Positions 62,228 through 64,000 of a stretch of 64,000 bases of DNA are shown here, piece after piece. Origin of the DNA: Takakia lepidozioides. Taxonomy: Eukaryota > Plantae > Bryophyta. Below the pieces are notes generated by a model, which ran no database searches, was not told the origin of the DNA, and was given only the letters and a program-made list of their open reading frames with translations. Position numbers and translations under genes: made by a program. The stretch covers positions 50,902,001 through 50,966,000 of the forward strand of contig CM060733.1 in NCBI GenBank assembly GCA_030704615.1, read 5' to 3'. Each line of letters starts with the position of its first letter. Within the stretch, counting starts at the first letter, position 1.

Positions 62228-63762
62228 CTGAACCTCACGCGCTTCAATTCTCTTCCACCCTCCGGCAAACTGATTACTGTCAGATACACACCAGGGACAT
62301 CTTCCTCCACCCATGTGCTCTGTTCTCCCTCACCACATGCTTGCTCACTATCTCCCTCACACCCTTGAGCTTCTGCTTGAGGTAGCCTTTCATCATAGGC
62401 AGAATCTCCATGCAAGTTAGCTCCTGCACTGGTATCTCTCATTGAGGTCCCACATGACACACCAGGACTGTAGGCTGGAGTTGCGTATCCTGAAGCCTGT
62501 TGACCCCCAAAACAGCACTGTTGTGATACATGTCCTAAGGGACTGAAATGCATTTGAGTAGGTGACGTTGTCAATCTGTCCATCATGTCAAAATAGCCTC
62601 CTCTAGGCTACTTCAATACAGAACACAAAGAGACTTTGCATAATACAACCACCATAAAGCTCCATTTTATCTCATCTCATTATTGATCAAACCAGAGCTA
62701 AGGCTCCTCATTGTGCATTCCCTGGGAAACATTGGACATAACATACTACCCTGCAGGGTTTTCACTGTAAGACAGCTGAAAACTGTGTGCGACAAGGGAG
62801 GGAGAGAGAGAACAGGTCATGACCGGAGATACAAGTTAGTCAGTTATACCTCTTCTTCAGAACTTGATGTGGGAAGGTCTGTTGCTGCTGGTCTCTCAAA
62901 TGCAGGTACATTGTAGACAGCTCGAACTCGATTTCCATTCTCAGCCCACCAGGCCTCTGCTTCCTTTTTGGTGAAAATATCACGGCTGCAGATTAAGAGA
63001 GATGGCCCTTATGATCAAACCTTGTATCCAATAATGGACTGCCATATCCAACCAATGGTGCTATGGACTGAGGTAGTAACTTGAGATCCACATAAGATGG
63101 ATCCAATCAACATCTTACTGGCTCAAGATTAGCTGTGCTTCCCCTACCTGACTCTGGCTGTGTCCATCATCATCAATTTCACATAGAAGAAAATACCTTG
63201 TACTTAGTAGAGGTAAAAATTGTTGATGTCAATGACTGAACAGCAGACCCCTTTGGAACTTCTGAGAAATATCCTGATTGAACATGGAATTTTTCACATT
63301 ACATATGAAGAGGGTTACCAAAGAGCCTGCTTAGGCCCTACTACTGGTGCTGTCTGGAAATGCCATCAAGGATGGACACATACCACAAAGATCATGCAGA
63401 ACCCCAGCAACCACGCCTCCACCAAAAGTGCAATTACTGACTGGCTTTTGTTGATTTTCCACTCACAGTGAACCTACAACAAAAAGTCCGGGTTAGATGC
63501 ATTGGAAGGCAGGGCAATACCTGAATCGGATGCGCTTGAGGCCATTGCAACCATTGGGTAAGGCCACAAACGTGATGAAAACCCCGAGCTCAATTTGTGA
63601 GAACCACTCGGTGCCTGGATCGCATTCGCCAGCCGCTGTGATGCCACTTGAAACTTTGGATACATCTGAGCCCTTCACTGCCTCATCCAGCAACTCATTA
63701 TTGTAGATTTGGGGCTGCCCCACAGTGCTCTGTTGAGTCAAAAGTGTCCCAATCATCCACAA
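62228..63762 (-). CDS. BREVIS RADIX-like protein (two BRX domains), partial; exons ~63521-63762+, 62850-62985, 62228-62496; first and last exons unresolved
   Basis: EWFSQIELGVFITFVALPNGCNGLKRIRFS|RDIFTKKEAEAWWAEN and WVEEDVPGVYLTVISLPEGGRELKRVRF are BRX domain signatures; splice sites are canonical. Confidence 0.85.
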
Positions 63763-64000
63763 CCCGTTGCAAGGACGTCAGCCTATGAGCAAGGGTATCT
63801 GTGTCTGCTAGAAAAACCTTCCTCTCTGACTGAGGTCAGGTGACCCCACAAACAAGGAGTCACATAGCTATGCCAACCAGGGACAATATAAGACTTCTTG
63901 TCTCTTGGCCAGAACTTACAGAGCATTTGGTAAACTTTTGATCCAGACGAGCAATGTGGACTGAAGGTGTGAACCCTTGGCCATATTCCCGGTCGAAGTC

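Overview
Eukaryotic, intron-rich land-plant DNA. The gene set and TE types suggest a non-seed plant such as a bryophyte or lycophyte; this is inferred, not proven. Host genes: the 3' part of a DUF616/TOD1-MUCI70-like gene, an XBAT34/35-like ankyrin-RING E3 ligase, an EG45/PNP-like secreted DPBB protein, a Lines (LINS1)-like gene, and a partial BREVIS RADIX-like gene. The centre (17.2-38.4 kb) is a decayed chromodomain Ty3/gypsy element holding two nested insertions. One is a non-autonomous CACTA. The other, the highlight, is a young 11.5-kb minus-strand Ty3/gypsy element with a complete DNMT3-like C5 cytosine methyltransferase between protease and RT and a PHD finger on its integrase. It has split direct repeats (A...B-gc-A-spacer-B) with a palindromic end-to-end junction instead of two ordinary LTRs, a self-complementary (tRNA-independent) primer site, an extra upstream ORF, and a TAG-CARYYA stop between DNMT and RT. 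At 48.6-54.8 kb there is a nested DNA-transposon stack (hAT MITE > GGGGG-TIR element > Pack-CACTA carrying SEC13, EF-Tu and PPR fragments). Three TTAA-flanked piggyBac-like MITEs lie at 58-61 kb, and a Uma2-like nuclease ORF lies at 39 kb.
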